The position numbers and the translations under genes are program-made. Shown here one piece after another: positions 45,182-55,099 of a stretch of DNA of 64,000 nucleotides. The DNA is taken from contig OZ243974.1 in the NCBI GenBank assembly GCA_965214775.1, positions 608,001 to 672,000 of the forward strand, read 5' to 3'. Source of the stretch: Nitrosopumilus sp. (GTDB lineage Archaea > Thermoproteota > Nitrososphaeria > Nitrososphaerales > Nitrosopumilaceae). Each line of letters begins with the position of its first letter. The first letter of the stretch is position 1. The notes beneath the pieces were generated by a model that worked only from the letters and a program-made list of their open reading frames with translations, was not told the origin of the DNA and did no database searches.

Positions 45182-46540
45182 CTCCCTTATGACCTCCCAC
45201 CCCTCCCGTATGCATTCCACCAGATCCTCCTCGCCGTCGACCAGCCTGCTCTCCCATGTCTTTTTGCCGCCTGCCTGCGGCAGCATCCGGCCGTCCCCCC
45301 TGATCATCCCTTGAATGGCGGCCTTGATGGCGCCGATCTCGCCGTCTGCAGTGTCGGCCCCCCGGTCATGCTGATCCCTCTGCTTTTCTATCCTTATCTT
45401 TACTGGGTCGATCCCGTACAGCTGGGCCTGCTCCCTCCACATCTCAAGCAGCATCTCCCTCTTGTCCTTGGACTCGGCCTCCTCTTCCACGCCGGGCACG
45501 AGGAACCCCAGGCTGCGCTCGTATGCCATCCTCATGTCTGATACGAGCTCGTCTGCAAGCCTGTGCTTGTTGGTCGTATACTTTGCCTCGATGTCGCCCT
45601 TGTGGCCCATGAAGAACTGGCGGTAGGCGTGCGTCATCTTGCCCCTGCTCTCTGCAAGCAGGAGTTGCGTGTCAAAGTACGCCCGCAGGACGTAGGGCCG
45701 CTCCCTTATGATTATGCCAAAGGCGCCCTTGATCCCGGCCGTGATGGTTATGGTCCTCAGGTGGCACGTGTCGCTGCACGACTTTGTGCGGTATCCCTTC
45801 ACGAACGTGATTACGGGCGAGTCCTGTCCAATCTTCTCGCCGCCTGCGATCCTCTCCCTGAGGTATCCCTGCAGGTACCTGCACCCCATGTCTGGCAAAA
45901 ACGTAAAGTACTGGTGTCCGGCCTTGCTCAGCGCCGGCCTTACCGTTATCCTGGCAGGCATCCGGGCAAGGGAGACGTTGTTGCCGTCGATCTGCAGGTC
46001 CGGGATGTCCCGCACCCTGAGGCCGTCCTCGCCGTGATGGTTGCCAAGCACCTGCGGGCGCACGCCGGCAAAGGCCATCATCGATATCGACACGCGCTCC
46101 CTTGCCGGCGCCGAGTCAAGGACCTCCCGTATCCTCTCCCGGGTCGGAATCTCCTCGTCTTCCAGCGTGACGGGAATGTCGGCGTTCTTGATCCTTATCC
46201 TCCGGACAAGTTTGACATAGTTGAACGACAGCCAGGAGCGCAGCGCCTTGAGGATGTCCTCGATGTACGAGGGCGCGTACCCCTTGCCCTCAAGAAACGA
46301 CACATAGTCCATCAGCAGATCCTCCACTCTCCTTACGTCCTCGGCTCCGGCCTGCGCAAAGTCCTTCGGGGTTGTGCCGGTTCTCTCGCAGTACACGCCG
46401 AGCCTTCGCAGCCTTACCTCGGCTGTGGCCACGCTTCCCCTTGCGGTGTTGTCGCACCATCTCTTGACGTCGGGATCCTCAAGTAATTTTTTGTGCCGGC
46501 CCCACGCCTTTTTTACGGTATCACTCATAATTCTCTCCAT
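45107..46540 (-). CDS. int: Tyrosine recombinase/integrase
   Basis: Catalytic residues: AGVRP (R), SKAG (K), PYVLRAYF (YxxR), FMGH, AKYT (Y); adjacent to the tRNA 3' end. Confidence 0.93.
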   Translation of the reverse strand: MERIMSDTVKKAWGRHKKLLEDPDVKRWCDNTARGSVATAEVRLRRLGVYCERTGTTPKDFAQAGAEDVRRVEDLLMDYVSFLEGKGYAPSYIEDILKALRSWLSFNYVKLVRRIRIKNADIPVTLEDEEIPTRERIREVLDSAPARERVSISMMAFAGVRPQVLGNHHGEDGLRVRDIPDLQIDGNNVSLARMPARITVRPALSKAGHQYFTFLPDMGCRYLQGYLRERIAGGEKIGQDSPVITFVKGYRTKSCSDTCHLRTITITAGIKGAFGIIIRERPYVLRAYFDTQLLLAESRGKMTHAYRQFFMGHKGDIEAKYTTNKHRLADELVSDMRMAYERSLGFLVPGVEEEAESKDKREMLLEMWREQAQLYGIDPVKIRIEKQRDQHDRGADTADGEIGAIKAAIQGMIRGDGRMLPQAGGKKTWESRLVDGEEDLVECIREGWEVIRELNSGKILLRRGTGADPAGAPGHSG

Positions 46541-46591
46541 TTCACAACGGATTTTTTCGGTTTAAGGGGGGTTTTCATCGCTTGAGATGGA

Positions 46592-46665
46592 TGGACCGGA
46601 AGGGATTTGAACCCTTGATCCGATGCATGCCATGCACCTATCCTACCAGACTAGACGACCGGCCC
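46592..46665 (-). tRNA. tRNA-Ala (anticodon GGC); integration site
   Basis: GGGCCGG/CCGGTCC acceptor with G3:U70, anticodon loop ATGGCAT, TTCAAAT T-loop. Confidence 0.95.
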
Positions 46666-46789
46666 ATAATCAGAATACTGATTGATTAAGACTTTTCAAA
46701 TTGGTTATTAACGTTTAGCGGTGATGTTGAAAATCTACTTTTAAAATTAACACAATATATTTAACCCTCAGAACAGTTGTTGTGTCGTT

Positions 46790-47635
46790 ATGGTAGTAGA
46801 CAACAAGGCAACTGTCACATATGTTCAATTGTTAAAAGAAGATCTTGTAATTATTAGAATAGTTCCAAAAGAAGGAGAGGTTCCAGAATACAAAGCTGGA
46901 CAATTTATCACATTAGGATTGCCAAACCCAAACGAAGGAGGAAAAATTGTCAGAAGAGCATATTCGATTGCTTCACATCCTGAAAATCGGGACTATATCG
47001 AGCTGGTTATCAGATGGGTTAGAAAACCGCTTCCCGGAAGACTAACAACACAACTGTTCAATACAAAAGAAGGTGATGAAATTTTATGGTTAAAGCCAAC
47101 AGGCAGAGCATTGCTGATTAATGACGAATTGCCAAATGGTGAAAAAGACAACAGAAGAATTGTATGCATTGGTGGAGGTACCGGTTTAGCACCATTCGTA
47201 AGCTTTGCACAACATCTTCATGATATCGGAGATAAAAGAGAGATCGTGGTCTTGCATGGCGCAAGCTATGTTGACGAATTAAGTTACAAGGATCTATTAA
47301 CAAATCTTGAAAATGAGAGCATGGCAAGGGGCAAAGACGAGTGGAATTTCAGATACAGAGCGGCAATTAGCAGACCTCAAGAATGGTTTAACAGATCATG
47401 GGCAGGACAAGTAGGCAGAGTTGAAACATTCCTCAGACCAAGAGAAAGCGGAATGTCTCCATTGGAAGAACTTGTAGGAGAAAAGATCACTAAAGAAAAT
47501 ACGATATTCTATGTTTGCGGCTGGCAGGGAACCATTGACGGTGTAATGGACTTTTTGAAACCAAAAGGATTTGTTACAGAACACGGCAAACGTGAAGACG
47601 GCAGTTTCGAAGTCAAATACGAGTCATACGGATGA
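46790..47635 (+). CDS. fpr: Ferredoxin-NADP+ reductase
   Basis: RRAYSIAS, GGGTGLAPF, YVCG motifs. Confidence 0.92.
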   Translation: MVVDNKATVTYVQLLKEDLVIIRIVPKEGEVPEYKAGQFITLGLPNPNEGGKIVRRAYSIASHPENRDYIELVIRWVRKPLPGRLTTQLFNTKEGDEILWLKPTGRALLINDELPNGEKDNRRIVCIGGGTGLAPFVSFAQHLHDIGDKREIVVLHGASYVDELSYKDLLTNLENESMARGKDEWNFRYRAAISRPQEWFNRSWAGQVGRVETFLRPRESGMSPLEELVGEKITKENTIFYVCGWQGTIDGVMDFLKPKGFVTEHGKREDGSFEVKYESYG

Positions 47636-47683
47636 AATTCAAAGATCAATCATTGAAATATGAGATTTTTTTAGCTATAGTAA

Positions 47684-48289
47684 TTGATAACGGCACTATA
47701 TCTTGCGCATCTTAATCCTGTAACAAATGCACATGTGGAAATTATTTCAGATTTAGTTAAAGAGGCTGATGCCGTAAAAGTAATGCCCGTAGTTTTCAAA
47801 GACGGTGAAAAAGAGATCAACAGCAAGAGTTTTCCATTCAGTTTTGATGCTAGAAAGAAAATGCTAGAATCAGTGTTTGGGGACTCTATCAAAATTACAG
47901 ATGATTATGCATTTTTTGCTCCATTCAAAAAATACGTCCCCCCATTACTAGCTCCCAAATCATGGGAATTAAGAAAGCAGGTTTTACTAGGTGTAAAAGG
48001 AGAATTTTTCTCTTACACCGGGGACAAAGTCGAAGGAGCCATGCTAAAGATGTACAGATTAAAACCCAGGGTGAGAGAAAGAAGAGCATTATCTGCTGCA
48101 TCAGTCAAAGAAAAACTGTATAGTGCCGCACAAGGAAATAAGACTTCTTGGAGGGATGATGTGCCTGAGAGCATTGCAAAAGTCATTGATGAAGAATGGG
48201 ATACTGTTAAGAAATTTGCAGGCACCGAAGATCTTACAACCAGAGTGGCAGGAATGAAGTTTCCAAAAGAAGGGTGGTCAAAAAAATGA
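47684..48289 (+). CDS. Cytidylyltransferase-like (HIGH-superfamily) nucleotidyltransferase
   Basis: HLNPVTNAH, PFSFDARKKM, SAASVKE...W...VP. Confidence 0.75.
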   Translation: MITALYLAHLNPVTNAHVEIISDLVKEADAVKVMPVVFKDGEKEINSKSFPFSFDARKKMLESVFGDSIKITDDYAFFAPFKKYVPPLLAPKSWELRKQVLLGVKGEFFSYTGDKVEGAMLKMYRLKPRVRERRALSAASVKEKLYSAAQGNKTSWRDDVPESIAKVIDEEWDTVKKFAGTEDLTTRVAGMKFPKEGWSKK

Positions 48290-48454
48290 ATAAAAAAATA
48301 AAAAACGAACTAATTGATATCTGGGATTTTCAGACCCGGTTTATTTTCCAGTACGTCAAGAATTGTACTAGGATCATATGGCTTATGAACAATAGAAGAT
48401 GGGCAGGTTTTTGAACCGCCTCATACGACAAGGCAGTGGGCACAGGACTAGGAC

Positions 48455-48575
48455 TATGGTGAAGAGCAGAAATCGTTCAACAACGGGAAGCGTCTCCTTG
48501 CATAATTCGTGTCCACATGTGTTGAAGAATTTACGCACTTCACTATAGTTGTAGCAACGAGCAGAAGTCTTTGAG
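48455..48575. pseudogene. IS630 transposase remnant
   Basis: Aligns by eye to 59328-59430 and ends in a degenerate TIR (aagtctttga). Confidence 0.55.
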
Positions 48576-48781
48576 TCAAAACATGGTCAGATTGCCCGTG
48601 AAAGACCTCAATTATTTGTGAGTGTTGCTTACCACGTGTAAAAACGGAGTTAAATCACGAAGAGAAAAATTTACGCGCCAAATTTGGAAATGGAGGGGTA
48701 AAACTCGTAATTGAGCCCCCAAAAATGGCAGAAAAAAATCAGATTGAAAATAGATTAATACGCATATCGTAAAATCCACCT

Positions 48782-49699
48782 ATGAAACTTGCATTATCAA
48801 AATATGTCTGGTTTGATGGAAAATATGTTTTGACAGAAAATGCAAGCGTTCCAATAACAACACATGCAATTCATTATGGAACGTCAGTTTTTGAAGGAAT
48901 TCGGGCATATTGGAATGGGGAGAATCTTCATGTCTTTAGGCTAGACGAACATGTTAAAAGGTTCAGAAGATCAGGCCAGTTTTATAACATTTCATTAAAT
49001 TTTTCAGATGAAGAGGTTTCTAATGCCATTACGGGAATTTGTAAAAAGAATAAACTGAATAAATCATGCTACATCAGACCGTTTTATTTTGTTGGAGACT
49101 ATGGAATAAATCTCCATGTAACTGAAAAAGCGCCAACAAACGTTGCTATTTTCACATTTCCTTTCGGAGATCTGTTTAACAAAAACGGAATTACTGCAGG
49201 AGTAGTATCCTGGAGAAAATTCTCTGACATGTCTACTCCCCCCCAGGCAAAAATGGGCGGAAATTATCTTAATTCGATTATTGCCACACAAGAGGCAAAA
49301 AGGAATGGAGTCGATGAGGCAATACTACTAGACCATAATGGAAATGTAAGCGAGGCCCCAGGAGAGAATATTTTCATGGTGCAAGACGGTCAACTGGCAA
49401 CACCTGATTTATCTTCATCAGCACTAGACGGAATTACAAGAGACACGGTCATAAAAATTGCAGGTGATTTAGGCATGGATGTTGCCAAAAGAGACATTGC
49501 AAGAAGCGAACTGGTCGTTTCTGATGAAATATTTCTTACGGGAACAGCAGCAGAGATCACGCCGATAGTTTCTATGGATTCAAAAAAGATTGGAAATGGA
49601 AAACCAGGCGACATCACAAAAAAGATGATGTGCAAGTATGCAGACATAGTAATGAACAAAAATGACGACTATTCTCATTGGTTAACGGCTGTGTACTAG
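48782..49699 (+). CDS. ilvE: Branched-chain amino acid aminotransferase
   Basis: HYGTSVFEGIRAY, AKMGGNYLNS, LDGITR, TGTAAEITP. Confidence 0.96.
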   Translation: MKLALSKYVWFDGKYVLTENASVPITTHAIHYGTSVFEGIRAYWNGENLHVFRLDEHVKRFRRSGQFYNISLNFSDEEVSNAITGICKKNKLNKSCYIRPFYFVGDYGINLHVTEKAPTNVAIFTFPFGDLFNKNGITAGVVSWRKFSDMSTPPQAKMGGNYLNSIIATQEAKRNGVDEAILLDHNGNVSEAPGENIFMVQDGQLATPDLSSSALDGITRDTVIKIAGDLGMDVAKRDIARSELVVSDEIFLTGTAAEITPIVSMDSKKIGNGKPGDITKKMMCKYADIVMNKNDDYSHWLTAVY

Positions 49700-50638
49700 A
49701 TGAAAGTCATTCAGATTGGGACAGGCGGATGGGGTAAAAACCACACACGAATCTTATCAGAATTAGGCGTACTTTCAGCAATCTGTGATGCTGATGAAGA
49801 AAAAAGCAGGGAGTATGGAGAAAAGTACTCTGTAAATCATTACTCCTCACTAGAAAAATTATTGGAATCAGAAGAATTTGATGCGGCACTTGTGGCTACG
49901 CCGACGTCCACACATTCACAGATTGCAAAAAGGCTACTAGAGGCAAAAAAACATGTTTTTGTTGAAAAACCATTAACATATCAATCACGGGATGGAGAAG
50001 AACTGGCAAGACTTGCAGAAAAAAACAAGGTAATTCTGACATGCGGATACATTGAAAGATTCAATCCCGCAGTAGGAACCGTAAAAAAACTGGTCAAGGA
50101 AAAAAACTATGGCGAATTAGTAATGCTGGAATTTCACAGGGAGAACAAGATGCCATTGCATATCAAGGATGTCGGAATTATCTATGATACGTCAGTTCAT
50201 GACATAGATACTGCAAACTGGCTGTTTGATGAAATGCCAAATCTTGTTTTTGCCAAGGCGGGAAGAATAAAGCACGAACGTGAAGATTTTACCAGCATAA
50301 TGCTAGGTTACAAAAATGACAAGGTTGCAATAATTACATCTAACTGGATTACGCCAAAAAAAGTAAGAAAATTCAACGCCGTATGTACTGGTGCGATAAT
50401 TTCTTCGGATTTTATCACACAGGAAATAGTAGTGGAAAATAACGAGGTATCAAAAAAAATGGATAATGAAAAACAAGAGCCCCTCTTGTTGGAAATCAAG
50501 AATTTCATGAATGCGATTAAAGGCATGGGCGGAGAACACATAGTAACTGCCCAGCAGGCAGTCAACGTAACAAAAATTGCAGAAGCGGCACTTTTATCTA
50601 GCCAAAAGGGAACCCCAATCTATCTGGAACTAAAATGA
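49700..50638 (+). CDS. Gfo/Idh/MocA-family oxidoreductase (nucleotide-sugar dehydrogenase-like)
   Basis: GTGGWG, VEKP, ERFNPA, DTSVHDID. Confidence 0.9.
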   Translation: MKVIQIGTGGWGKNHTRILSELGVLSAICDADEEKSREYGEKYSVNHYSSLEKLLESEEFDAALVATPTSTHSQIAKRLLEAKKHVFVEKPLTYQSRDGEELARLAEKNKVILTCGYIERFNPAVGTVKKLVKEKNYGELVMLEFHRENKMPLHIKDVGIIYDTSVHDIDTANWLFDEMPNLVFAKAGRIKHEREDFTSIMLGYKNDKVAIITSNWITPKKVRKFNAVCTGAIISSDFITQEIVVENNEVSKKMDNEKQEPLLLEIKNFMNAIKGMGGEHIVTAQQAVNVTKIAEAALLSSQKGTPIYLELK

Positions 50639-50904
50639 ACAGAAAGCTTGTTGGAATTCTTGCATGTCCGATAGACAAACATCACCCACTGGAGTTGCAT
50701 GAGTGTAAAACAAAAGAGGACACAATAGTAGAGGGAGCGCTTTATTGTTCAAAATGCTCTAGATTTTTTGCAATAATCGATGAGATTCCAATTATGATGC
50801 CTGATGATTTAAGAGATAAAAACCACGAGATGGGCTTTCTTAAGAACAACAAGAAAAAACTGCCGGATAAGATAATAAGGCAGGCATCGCCATGGCATTT
50901 GTAA
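50635..50904 (+). CDS. Trm112-family protein
   Basis: ILACPIDK...EGALYCSKC...IDEIPIM. Confidence 0.88.
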   Translation: MNRKLVGILACPIDKHHPLELHECKTKEDTIVEGALYCSKCSRFFAIIDEIPIMMPDDLRDKNHEMGFLKNNKKKLPDKIIRQASPWHL

Positions 50905-50908
50905 GATC

Positions 50909-51388
50909 GTGGCAGCAAATTACATATCAGACAGCGCAAAAATAGGAGACAATACACGGATATGGCATTTTAGCTACGTGGGAGACAGAACGGAGATAGG
51001 CAGCAATGTCAAGATCGGCTCTCTAGTGCACATAGACTATGACGTAAAGATTGGAAACGATTGTAAAATTGAGGGCATGGCGTATTTGCCACCATTGACA
51101 AGAATTGGAGATAATGTCTTTATTGGACCAAATGCAACTTTGACGAATGATCCATATCCGATGTCTGGTAAAATGACAGGCGTTACAGTTGAAGAAGGCG
51201 CAATAATAGGTGCAAAAGCAGTGATAAAAGCAGGAGTCAAAATTGGAAAAAACAGCATAGTTGCAATGGGTGCAGTAGTAACAAAGGATGTGCCTGAAAA
51301 CGTTCTAGTTGCAGGGGTTCCTGCAAAAATAAAGTATGCCAAAGACAAATATGATAAAAAGAGAAACAGATGGGCAGAATATCTATAG
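50909..51388 (+). CDS. Hexapeptide-repeat N-acetyltransferase (WbpD-like)
   Basis: Left-handed beta-helix repeats; FIGPNATLTND; VTKDVP...GVPA. Confidence 0.9.
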   Translation: MAANYISDSAKIGDNTRIWHFSYVGDRTEIGSNVKIGSLVHIDYDVKIGNDCKIEGMAYLPPLTRIGDNVFIGPNATLTNDPYPMSGKMTGVTVEEGAIIGAKAVIKAGVKIGKNSIVAMGAVVTKDVPENVLVAGVPAKIKYAKDKYDKKRNRWAEYL

Positions 51389-51731
51389 AAAATCAGAGGA
51401 TTTTTCAGGCAGTCATACTAGACCTTGTGCATAATCGGCGCAGATCAAAAAAACCAAGCAGTTTTTACGTCATTTTTGACAAATACGCATAGTCTACTAC
51501 CAGAGCCAGTTTGATCTTCATGTCCATGAGTACGAATTTCACAATCATGATTCCTGCAAAAATGTCGACAAGTGGGGGGGCTTGCGTGATTCTCATTTGG
51601 ATTACTATCAAAAACCGTGCCACCCTTAGGAAGTTCGCCACAACAGGGCATCTAAGACGGTCAGATTCTTACAATGTTTTCCAAGTGATCTCTGAAAAGT
51701 ACGAAGAGAAAGAAAAGGAAGAAAATTCAAG

Positions 51732-51980
51732 TTAGTTTTGTATCATTTTGTTGAACATCCATTTTTTCATTTTAGACAGGATGGCTATCCAAAGAGCCAC
51801 TAGGCCAATGGCAATTGCCCCTTTGACGATTGAAGAAGCAAGCTGATCAAAATCACCGAATCCGGAAATGGAAACAGGCCCTAAAATTGTAACCACAATT
51901 CCTCCTCCCAGAAGCATCAAAACCCACATGCAAAAAATAAAGACGTACAGCGGTTTCAAATTTGTACTCCCATCAAACAT
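51732..51980 (-). CDS. Small two-TM membrane protein
   Basis: Two hydrophobic helices; last gene of the GINS-MCM-Hel308 operon. Confidence 0.7.
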   Translation of the reverse strand: MFDGSTNLKPLYVFIFCMWVLMLLGGGIVVTILGPVSISGFGDFDQLASSIVKGAIAIGLVALWIAILSKMKKWMFNKMIQN

Positions 51981-52948
51981 GCAGATATTATGGCAAGAGT
52001 CCCAGAGAAGACAGCCAGTCTAAAGATGACATGCGAAACCTGTCTGTCAGTAAGAGGGGTTTTAGACACGATTATCCTAAGCAGCGTAACTGGAGCACGC
52101 GGGTCTTTTTCGGCTTTTAGTTTCAAATCATCGGTGACAACCACCGGTTGCAAGGCAATAGTACGATGCTCGGCAAAACGCTTGACGCTTGACAAAAACA
52201 GGAAAGAGTTGACCACTGCAGGCAAAAGGGCCACTGCTGCGACAATCTCAACGCCACCTACGATAGCCAATGTGCCGTACATGGCCCCCAGGGTTAAAGT
52301 TCCCGAGTCACCCGGAAATATGCGGCTCGGATTTTTATGATACTTGTAAAATGCCAATGAAACAAAAACCAAGGGAAGGCTGGCTATTGCAATTTCATAG
52401 TTTCCAATTATGAGCAGGGATATCGACAATGACATGCTGGCAATAATCATGAATCCGCTTGCTACGCCATTAAGAATGTCAATTGAGTTTATGGTGTTCC
52501 CAGTTATGGAAATAGTCAGAACGATGATTCCCAGATAAAGCAGTGGGATCTTAACGTCTCCAAACATGGGAAACGTAAGATTGGTGTCATATGCTCCCAG
52601 AAAAATTATGGGCATTGCAGAAGCTGCAAGGGCTAAAGGCTTGAACCAGCCCCCCATTACTTTTTTGTCATCAACATAACCGACTACAAATGCCAAAAGG
52701 CTTGTAACCATAACGGCCAGAATGGAGATATTTTGAATAAAACCAAAAAGGACTGCCTCTGAGACCAGAATCCCAACAATAATGGTGATTCCGCCGGGAC
52801 GGGCCACCTGTGGTCTGTCTTTTTTATGAACGTCAGGAACCGTAGAATTATGATTTCTCAGATACTTGATCAGGCCGGGGGTTAAAGCGTATACTATGAC
52901 AAACGCGGTAATACACGTGGCAATAGCGCCAAGAACGTATTCAGTCAA
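51956..52948 (-). CDS. UDP-GlcNAc:dolichyl-phosphate GlcNAc-1-P transferase (MraY/AglH family)
   Basis: GYVDD, NSIDILNG, IFPGDSG motifs; polytopic. Confidence 0.9.
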   Translation of the reverse strand: MTEYVLGAIATCITAFVIVYALTPGLIKYLRNHNSTVPDVHKKDRPQVARPGGITIIVGILVSEAVLFGFIQNISILAVMVTSLLAFVVGYVDDKKVMGGWFKPLALAASAMPIIFLGAYDTNLTFPMFGDVKIPLLYLGIIVLTISITGNTINSIDILNGVASGFMIIASMSLSISLLIIGNYEIAIASLPLVFVSLAFYKYHKNPSRIFPGDSGTLTLGAMYGTLAIVGGVEIVAAVALLPAVVNSFLFLSSVKRFAEHRTIALQPVVVTDDLKLKAEKDPRAPVTLLRIIVSKTPLTDRQVSHVIFRLAVFSGTLAIISACLMGVQI

Positions 52949-55099
52949 CTATATTACCTTACGTACCTGAGACTTGATGTTATTTGCAAGGGTTGGGCCG
53001 ATTTTATCAATTTCTGCCAATTTATTTACCGGAATCCTTTGCAGTTCGGCGACATTTTTGATTCCGTGTCTGAACAATACACGTGCCCTGACTCGGCCGA
53101 TTCCCTTGACTTTGACAAGATCAACGAGTTCCGGGCGAATCCCGTATGCCAGACGCGTGCGCAACGTGTCAAGTTCTTCTAGCAAATCAGCGCGCCCAGA
53201 CTCTTTGGCAATCTCCCTAATGCAGTAAAGCAGCCAGTCTCCGGTTTCGACCATCCTGTGCATGTCGCCTGATTCTATGCCTAGATTGTCTGAAAGGGAG
53301 AGTTCTGATGACTCTGTTATCCAGGAGTTCAAGGCCAGCAGACTGCGTGAGCAGTCATATTCAGAGATTGGCTCTAGCATCTCATAGGAATTGTTCTCAA
53401 TTAGCAAACTTGCAGTTTCATAGTCCTTGCTTCGCAAAGAAAACTTTGGGAAAAAATCCTCGGAATTTGTGATCAGATGCAAAAATCCGAAGGTGTGTTT
53501 TAGTCCTCCTTCTCCTTCTTCTTCTCCTTCCGAGGAGACATTTTCAACTGCATCCCTAAAACGGGTTGCAGCAAGTGGATCAATGTAAAGCACAGAGGTC
53601 TTTTTCCCAAATTCAGTAGCTGCGTATCTTTCCCCTTTTTTTACCAAAAGACGCTGGCTTGACAAAAATCTCAGCGAGATGTCTATTGCAAACTTTATTG
53701 TAGGCCTTCTTGATTGCCGGCCCCCCAATGTTTGCAAGAAAAATTCCAGGATCTCCTCCTTTTTTATTCCTGGGTTTGTGACTACCACGCTCAGTACATG
53801 GGTTCGAAGTGATTTGTCATCAGTGATTTTTGATGCAATCGGCTCTGGTTCCCCATTAACGTAATAATCAACAAGATCCTCCGGATTTCCATTTCCAACA
53901 ATGATTGATTCCCCATACTTGTCATATTGTGGCCTTCCGGCCCTGCCGCAGAGTTGCTTGTATTCCAAAATGCTGATAGGCCTGTTTGCGCCTGCCTTGG
54001 CATCGTATCTGTTTACATTGGAAATTACAACCCGTCTTGCAGGAAGGTTAACACCTGCTGCCAGTGTTGGCGTAGAAGAAAGCAGTTTGATGGTTCCGTT
54101 GCGAAACTCTGTTTCAATTGCAGTTCTGCAATTTTGATTCAAACCGGCATGGTGAAATGCAACCCCCTTTTTCACCAACGATGCCAGGGTTTTTACGGTC
54201 TCTGTGTGCTCGTTTTCAGATAAGATTTTCTTTGATGTCCTTTCCAGTTCCCTGATTTCCTTTGTTTTTAGAGTCTGAGAGATGGCATCGGCTGCCTTGG
54301 TTGCAAGTGATTTTGAACGAGTCCTGGTCTCGGCAAAAACCAGGGATTGGCCTCCGTCATGAACGGATTGAACGCCCAGGTCGACGGGGGTTCCGCGTAT
54401 GCTGCGCTCAACCTCGAAGGTTTTTCCATCACTCATGGTGACTTTGCCGGCATCACAGACTCCTTCAGACAGTGGAACCGGCCTCCAGTCGTTTTTTACT
54501 AGCTTGCAACCAAGCCAAGAAGCAAGCTCGTCAGAATTTGTTATTGTTGCACTAAGGCCAACAATTTGGGGTTTTGACTCCAAGAGCCTTAGTTGTGTTA
54601 GAATCATTTCAAGTGTGGGACCCCTGCTTTCGTCGCCAATCAGGTGGACTTCGTCGGCGACCACCAGTCCAATGTCTTCAATCCACTCGGCGCCATGACG
54701 GATTATTGAATCCATTTTTTCGTTTGTCAGGACCAGGATGTTGCTTTTGTCCAGGTTTTTTTCAACATTTTCAAAATCGCCGGTCGATATTGCGGTTTTA
54801 ATTTTATTTCCTATTGAGAGTCTTTCTAGCTTTTTGAATTCTGAAAATTTTTCAGATGCCAGTGCCCGTAACGGGCTTAGATAGACCGCCTTTCCCTTGT
54901 TCCTTGAAAGGTATCCCATCATCGAAAGCATCGCAATCAGGGTTTTTCCGCTTGCAGTAGGTGCAGAAACCATAACGCTTTGTCCTTCAAGCAACCCAGA
55001 CTCTACACTGGCAGTTTGCGGGGGATAGAGTTCCCCATATCCTTGTGATTGCAAGAATCCAATTGCAGATCCTGGAAGATCCAATTTCTCTATTTTCAT
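52949..55099 (-). CDS. hel308: Hel308/Hjm Ski2-like DNA helicase
   Basis: PTASGKT, DEVH, SAT, FHHAGL, GRAGRP, C-terminal HhH. Confidence 0.95.
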   Translation of the reverse strand: MKIEKLDLPGSAIGFLQSQGYGELYPPQTASVESGLLEGQSVMVSAPTASGKTLIAMLSMMGYLSRNKGKAVYLSPLRALASEKFSEFKKLERLSIGNKIKTAISTGDFENVEKNLDKSNILVLTNEKMDSIIRHGAEWIEDIGLVVADEVHLIGDESRGPTLEMILTQLRLLESKPQIVGLSATITNSDELASWLGCKLVKNDWRPVPLSEGVCDAGKVTMSDGKTFEVERSIRGTPVDLGVQSVHDGGQSLVFAETRTRSKSLATKAADAISQTLKTKEIRELERTSKKILSENEHTETVKTLASLVKKGVAFHHAGLNQNCRTAIETEFRNGTIKLLSSTPTLAAGVNLPARRVVISNVNRYDAKAGANRPISILEYKQLCGRAGRPQYDKYGESIIVGNGNPEDLVDYYVNGEPEPIASKITDDKSLRTHVLSVVVTNPGIKKEEILEFFLQTLGGRQSRRPTIKFAIDISLRFLSSQRLLVKKGERYAATEFGKKTSVLYIDPLAATRFRDAVENVSSEGEEEGEGGLKHTFGFLHLITNSEDFFPKFSLRSKDYETASLLIENNSYEMLEPISEYDCSRSLLALNSWITESSELSLSDNLGIESGDMHRMVETGDWLLYCIREIAKESGRADLLEELDTLRTRLAYGIRPELVDLVKVKGIGRVRARVLFRHGIKNVAELQRIPVNKLAEIDKIGPTLANNIKSQVRKVI

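Larger units (their letters stand above)
2955..46665. mobile_element. Integrative conjugative element integrated at tRNA-Ala(GGC); left boundary uncertain and may lie beyond the window
   Basis: Tyrosine integrase abuts the tRNA 3' end; VirB4/VirB6/VirD4-like and type IV pilus genes; partition-like genes; abrupt shift to AT-richer housekeeping genes right of the tRNA. Confidence 0.88.

Noticed and set aside
51445-51735. ORFs between the acetyltransferase and the small membrane protein
   Set aside because: No motif or convincing start; possibly a degraded gene.
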